Source: Takakia lepidozioides | Taxonomy: Eukaryota > Plantae > Bryophyta | Length of the DNA stretch: 64,000 nucleotides | Direction of reading: 5' to 3' | Assembly: GCA_030704615.1 (NCBI GenBank) | Contig: CM060732.1 | Coordinates: 56,420,001-56,484,000 of the forward strand | Shown: positions 59,571 to 64,000 of the stretch, one piece after another | Layout of the letters: each line of letters starts with the position of its first letter | Position numbering within the stretch: position 1 is the first letter of the stretch | Notes under the pieces: model-generated | The model's database searches: none | The model's input: the letters and a program-made list of their open reading frames with translations, nothing else | What the model was told of the DNA's origin: nothing | Made by a program: the position numbers and the translations under genes

Positions 59571-62500
59571 ATGAGTGATGAAAGAGAAGCTAGACGACAA
59601 AGATATTCATCAAAAAGAGAAAGCTATCTGAAAGCTAATTATCCATATCTTTGGGAGAGAGGAATAGACATAGGGGAATCATCTGGACCTCTCACACCAT
59701 CAAGATCAAAAAGTGCATCACCTATACCGGAAGAACTAGAGTTGGATGCCACTCCTTCTGTTTCTTTGCAAGAAAGATTAAGGGAATTGGTACAGGAAGA
59801 AGATCAATCACGAGGTGAAAGATCTGAGGTACATCCTTGGATAAAAGACTTGACAGAAATCTTTGATAAGAGTTGGCATGGAACACCAAAAGCAGGAACT
59901 CCAGTTTCTGAAGCAGAAGATGAAGAAGGAGATGAGGATGTGGCAGAGCCAACGGAGAGTTCAGACTCTCCAACACCATTACAGTTGAGTTACATGAGTG
60001 AAGAAGAAACCCAAGGGCAGAACTTGGAGGATGAAAACAGAGAGAAGAAATTGGAAGAGGAAGAATATGAAGAAGTAGACCCAACAGCTGAGGTTGAGAC
60101 TACAACCAGGACATCCCAACCCGTTGGACCTGGATCAAGTGGAGCACTTGGATCACAGGCCAACGAAGGTGTCGGCTCAGGGGGATCAGGCGGGCTGCCT
60201 GGATCTGGCTCTGGGGGGACAGGGAGTGTGGGAAGTAGTGCAACTGAAGCTGGGAATACTGTGAATATCGTGGGGCCAGAAGCAGGGAGTGCTCAAGGGC
60301 CACCACTTGGTGGAAGATCCACCACAAAAACAACAGGTCCAGAAGGACCAGCACCAGCAAGGGTGCCAGCACCTGTCAGTGGGCAGAAGGTAGGGCCACA
60401 GATGGCGTTACAACCAACACGGGCAAAACCACCCTTTCCAATATATTCAGGAAAAGGGGATCCCGATGTACACATTAGCCAATTTGAGCACATGTGTATA
60501 GTGAACAATGAGAATGGCGATGATGCCAAGATGAGACTGTTTCCTTGTTCACTTATCAAGAAAGCAAGTGAATGGTATGCAAGATTCCCTGATAATCATT
60601 TCCTAACCTGGAATGGCTTGAATACAGCATTTCGAAATAGGTTCAGGACAAGTAAAACTGAGGATGAAGTGTATGGAAGTTTACAACAGCTGAAGCAGAA
60701 GAAGCATGAAACTGTTGAAGAGTATATGGAGAAGATGGAATTGATGATGAAAAAGCTGGCTGCAGTACCAGCACCCGGTTTACAGAAGACTTGGTTTGTG
60801 AGTGGACTAAGACCAGAGTTGCAGAAGAAAGTGGATATGTTACCCCATAATACAGTGGAGGAGGCATTTGAAACTGCAAACAGAATTGAGCAATTGGGAA
60901 TGCTCAGGAGAGAGAAAAAGGAAGATGAGGACTCTGAAGATGAGTCAGATGAAGAAGAAGAGCAAGAACTAAAAAGAAAGAGTAAGAGAAAGGAAAAGTT
61001 GAAGAGGGATAACTATGAGAAAAGATTGGAAGAAATCTTGAAGAAGTATGCCACAGAGGCTGCAACACATTGGAGGAAGGGTGTATGGTGTGCAAAGTGC
61101 CAGAATGAAGGCCATACCACTACAGAATGCCACATGAAGGAGAAACACTGTACTATCTGTAAAATGGATAACCATTCTACTGAGAATTGTTACTACAACA
61201 GAAGGACAGCTGCAAGAGAACCTAGGCAAGTGAGGGTGCATCAGGTGCAGCCCCAGCCAAGAAGAAGCAATGATCAGGACCACTATGGTAGGTCTGGTGG
61301 TTATAACAATGGCATGGAAGGGAGAGGTAATTCAAGAGGGAATTACCAAGGAAATTCCAGAGGCAACTATCAGGGTAATCCAAGGGGGAATTACCAGCCC
61401 GGGAATCAGGATTATAGAAATAATCCAAGACCAGACCAAGGGCGAGGACCCAATGGTGAAGAGCTATGTTACTATTGTAATCAGCCAGGACATCGCAAGG
61501 CAGCCTGTTCATTCTGGATAAGACACCAGAATGAGATGAGAGCTCCTGTGAATGAGGGCCCAGTGGTGGCAGCTCACATGGTTAGGCCATGTGTTGTACC
61601 AGAAGTAAGTACAATGATAGTAACAAGAAGTAAAGCCAAACTAATACCTCCAGTAGAAGAGGAAGAAGATGAGACTGGAAGTGGCAATGATATGCCTGAA
61701 GATGAAGAGACTTGGAAGGATGAGAAGGAACTGCACAAGGAAGTGGCAGATACTATAAGGGAAATGCAAAAGAGTACGGATATTCCTGTGGCAGATTCCT
61801 CTGATTCGGATGGAGAAAAAGAGGGGAGTGAGGAAGAAAGGAAAAAAGAAGATGCAGACATGCAAAGTAATGAAGAGACTTTGGCTGAAGTAATATGTCA
61901 GACCAAAGCAGAAATTACCATTGGACAGCTATTAGCTGTGGCACCTTATTGTAGGCACAGGCTGTATCAGGCAATCAATCGAATTGCCCAAGAGACAGGA
62001 AACACAGACCTGAACAGCAAGGTGACCAGTTATAATGTGAAGCCGGAAGGGCGAGAACAGTCATGGACTTTGATGATTCTATGCCAGTAATCCAATTGAG
62101 AATTGGAAGCACAGAACTAACTGATGTACTGATAGATGGTGGTTCTGGAGTAAATATCATGACAGACCAATTAAGGAAGAAGCTTGGTCTAAGTAACATG
62201 AAACCAGCCCCATTTACAGTAACAATGGCAGATCAAAGAAGTGTACAGCCATTGGGATTAATAAGAGGAGTTAAGATACAGATACAGAAAATGATCTTTA
62301 TGATCACAGTAACTGTATTAAAAATGGATGAAGTCATGGAGGCTTACTCCTTATTATTGGGACGTCCGTGGCTGAAACAGGCCAGGGTATTCCATGACTG
62401 GAATTCTCAGTTACTAACTGTGCATAATGGGATGCACGAGATACAAATTACCACAAAGAAATCTAGTAGATTACCTGCTACAAGAAGACCTCGAGGAGTC

Positions 62501-64000
62501 AGAGAGTATGACTGGAGGGGAGGACTGGATGAGGAGCAGGAAGCTACCCTATTTGCTGCACACCCAGAATGGGAGCAGGTTGCAGAGATGCGGCTGGAAA
62601 GCCTAAGTTGTTTGAGAGGTATCTGCTGTGGTGTAGTGACAGCAACACCAATTGAAGAGGAAACCAACTGTTACCCACCACATTTCTATGAAGAAAAGGA
62701 GGGAGAGATAGAAATCCTAGAAGAACCAGCCACTGTGAGCTTAAAGGATGAAGTGGTGACTGGTTGGACAATCACAGCTGATGAGCAGGTGAGAGAAGTA
62801 AATGTGGGAACTCAGGAGGAACCGAGAATGGTGAAAGTAGGAGCTGATTTGGAGCCGGAATTCTTCGAAGAAGCTAAAAGCTTGTTCATCAAATACAGAG
62901 ATGTATTTGCTTGGAGCTATGAGGATCTAAAAGGGATACCACCTGAAGTCTGTCAGCATAAAATTGAACTGGAACCAGGGTCAGTACCAATCAAGCAGGC
63001 GAGGTATAGAATGAATCCCAACTACGCACAGAAGGTTGGAGAAGAGATAAAGAAGTTGGCTGAGGCTAAGTTTATATACCCAATAGAGTATACAACTTGG
63101 TTGTCACCCATTGTTATAGTTCCCAAGAAGAATGGCAAACTAAGAGTATGTGTGAACTATAAGAAGCTGAATGCTTGTACGAAGAAAGATCCTTTCCCTT
63201 TGCCATTCACAGAAGCAGTATTAGACACTGTGGCAGGCCATGAGATGTACTCATTCATGGATGGCTTCAGTGGTTATAATCAAGTGCAAGTGGCAGAAGA
63301 AGACCAAGGGAAAACAGCTTTCATCACAGACTGGGGGGCTTATGCATACAAAGTCATGCCCTTTGGACTTTGTAATGCACCAGCGACCTTTCAGAGAGTG
63401 ATAAGTGAATCTTTTCAAGAGTATCTGGATGATTTCATGCAGGTGTTTTTGGATGATTTCAGTGTGTACAGCTCTAAGAATGAGCACTTGCATAAATTGG
63501 AGTTATGCCTGGCCAGATGCAGGATGAGAGGTCTGGGCTTGAACCCAGAGAAGTGTACTTTCTGTGTGAACTCAGGGGTGCTTCTGGGACACATTGTGTG
63601 TAAGAAGGGACTCCTTGTGGATCCCAGGAAGACAGAGTCCATTAAAGCCTCTCCACCACCAGTGAATGTTAAGAGTTTAAGGAGATTCCTTGGGCAAACC
63701 AGTTATTACAGAAGATTTGTCAAAAGGTATGCACAAATAGCAGCACCATTGAGCAAGCTTCTGAAGAAAGATGCAGTGTTTGCATGGACAGCTGAATGTC
63801 AACAGGCGTTTGAGGAACTTACACTGTCAGTAACAACTACACCTGTGCTGATTAACCCTCACTGGCATGTAGTATTTCATGTTCACTGCGATGCATCAGG
63901 AGAAGCGTTGGGAGCGGTGTTAGCCCAGAATGTTACAGGGAATATAGATTCACCTGTGTACTATGCTAGCCGGTTGATGAACAGTGCTGAGAGGAACTAT
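59571..64000 (+). CDS. gag-pol: gag-pol (gag, protease, RT, start of RNase H); 1-bp frameshift ~62056
   Basis: 839-aa gag frame, then LIDGGSG, MPFGLCNAPATFQ, FLDD, HCDASG; the shift is a missing A in an A-run relative to the other copies. Confidence 0.92.

Larger units (their letters stand above)
57979..64000 (+). mobile_element. Second member of the element A family, plus strand, truncated by the window end
   Basis: LTR 57979-58961 (TGTTAGAGG...GCGCGACA), PBS 58964-58981, upstream ORF, gag-pol closely similar to element A. Confidence 0.93.

Overview
This is eukaryotic, almost certainly land-plant DNA (PLS-class PPR remnants, GT-AG introns, plant Ty3/gypsy elements; a non-seed plant is likely but not provable here). 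The window is almost entirely a stack of nested mobile elements. The outer layer is a non-chromovirus Ty3/gypsy retrotransposon (minus strand, 3306-57378, TSD ATGTC) that splits a PPR remnant in mid-motif. Nested inside it are: (1) a ~15-kb Mutator-like DNA transposon (6550-~28502), itself hit by a chromovirus (7933-14897, TSD GTCGG); (2) an inverted partial copy of that transposon with a duplicated gag-pol segment and a 2.8-kb inversion; (3) a young non-autonomous LTR-like element (47448-55534) whose only ORF fuses a gag N-terminus to captured PPR motifs and whose one end is tRNA-like. Another copy of the outer family starts at 57979 and runs off the window. The best candidate for an undescribed system is the cargo of the Mutator-like element: a spliced gene encoding a ParB/Srx-like domain (DGNHR) joined to a beta-class amino-(N4C/N6A) DNA-methyltransferase-like domain. 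It sits next to an array of ~28 22-bp palindromes (GGAAATGCGG-NN-CCGCATTTCC) phased at 53 bp, with more copies in its introns and downstream, plus a head-to-head pair of paralogous unknown genes. All domain calls are by-eye motif recognition; no database search was run.
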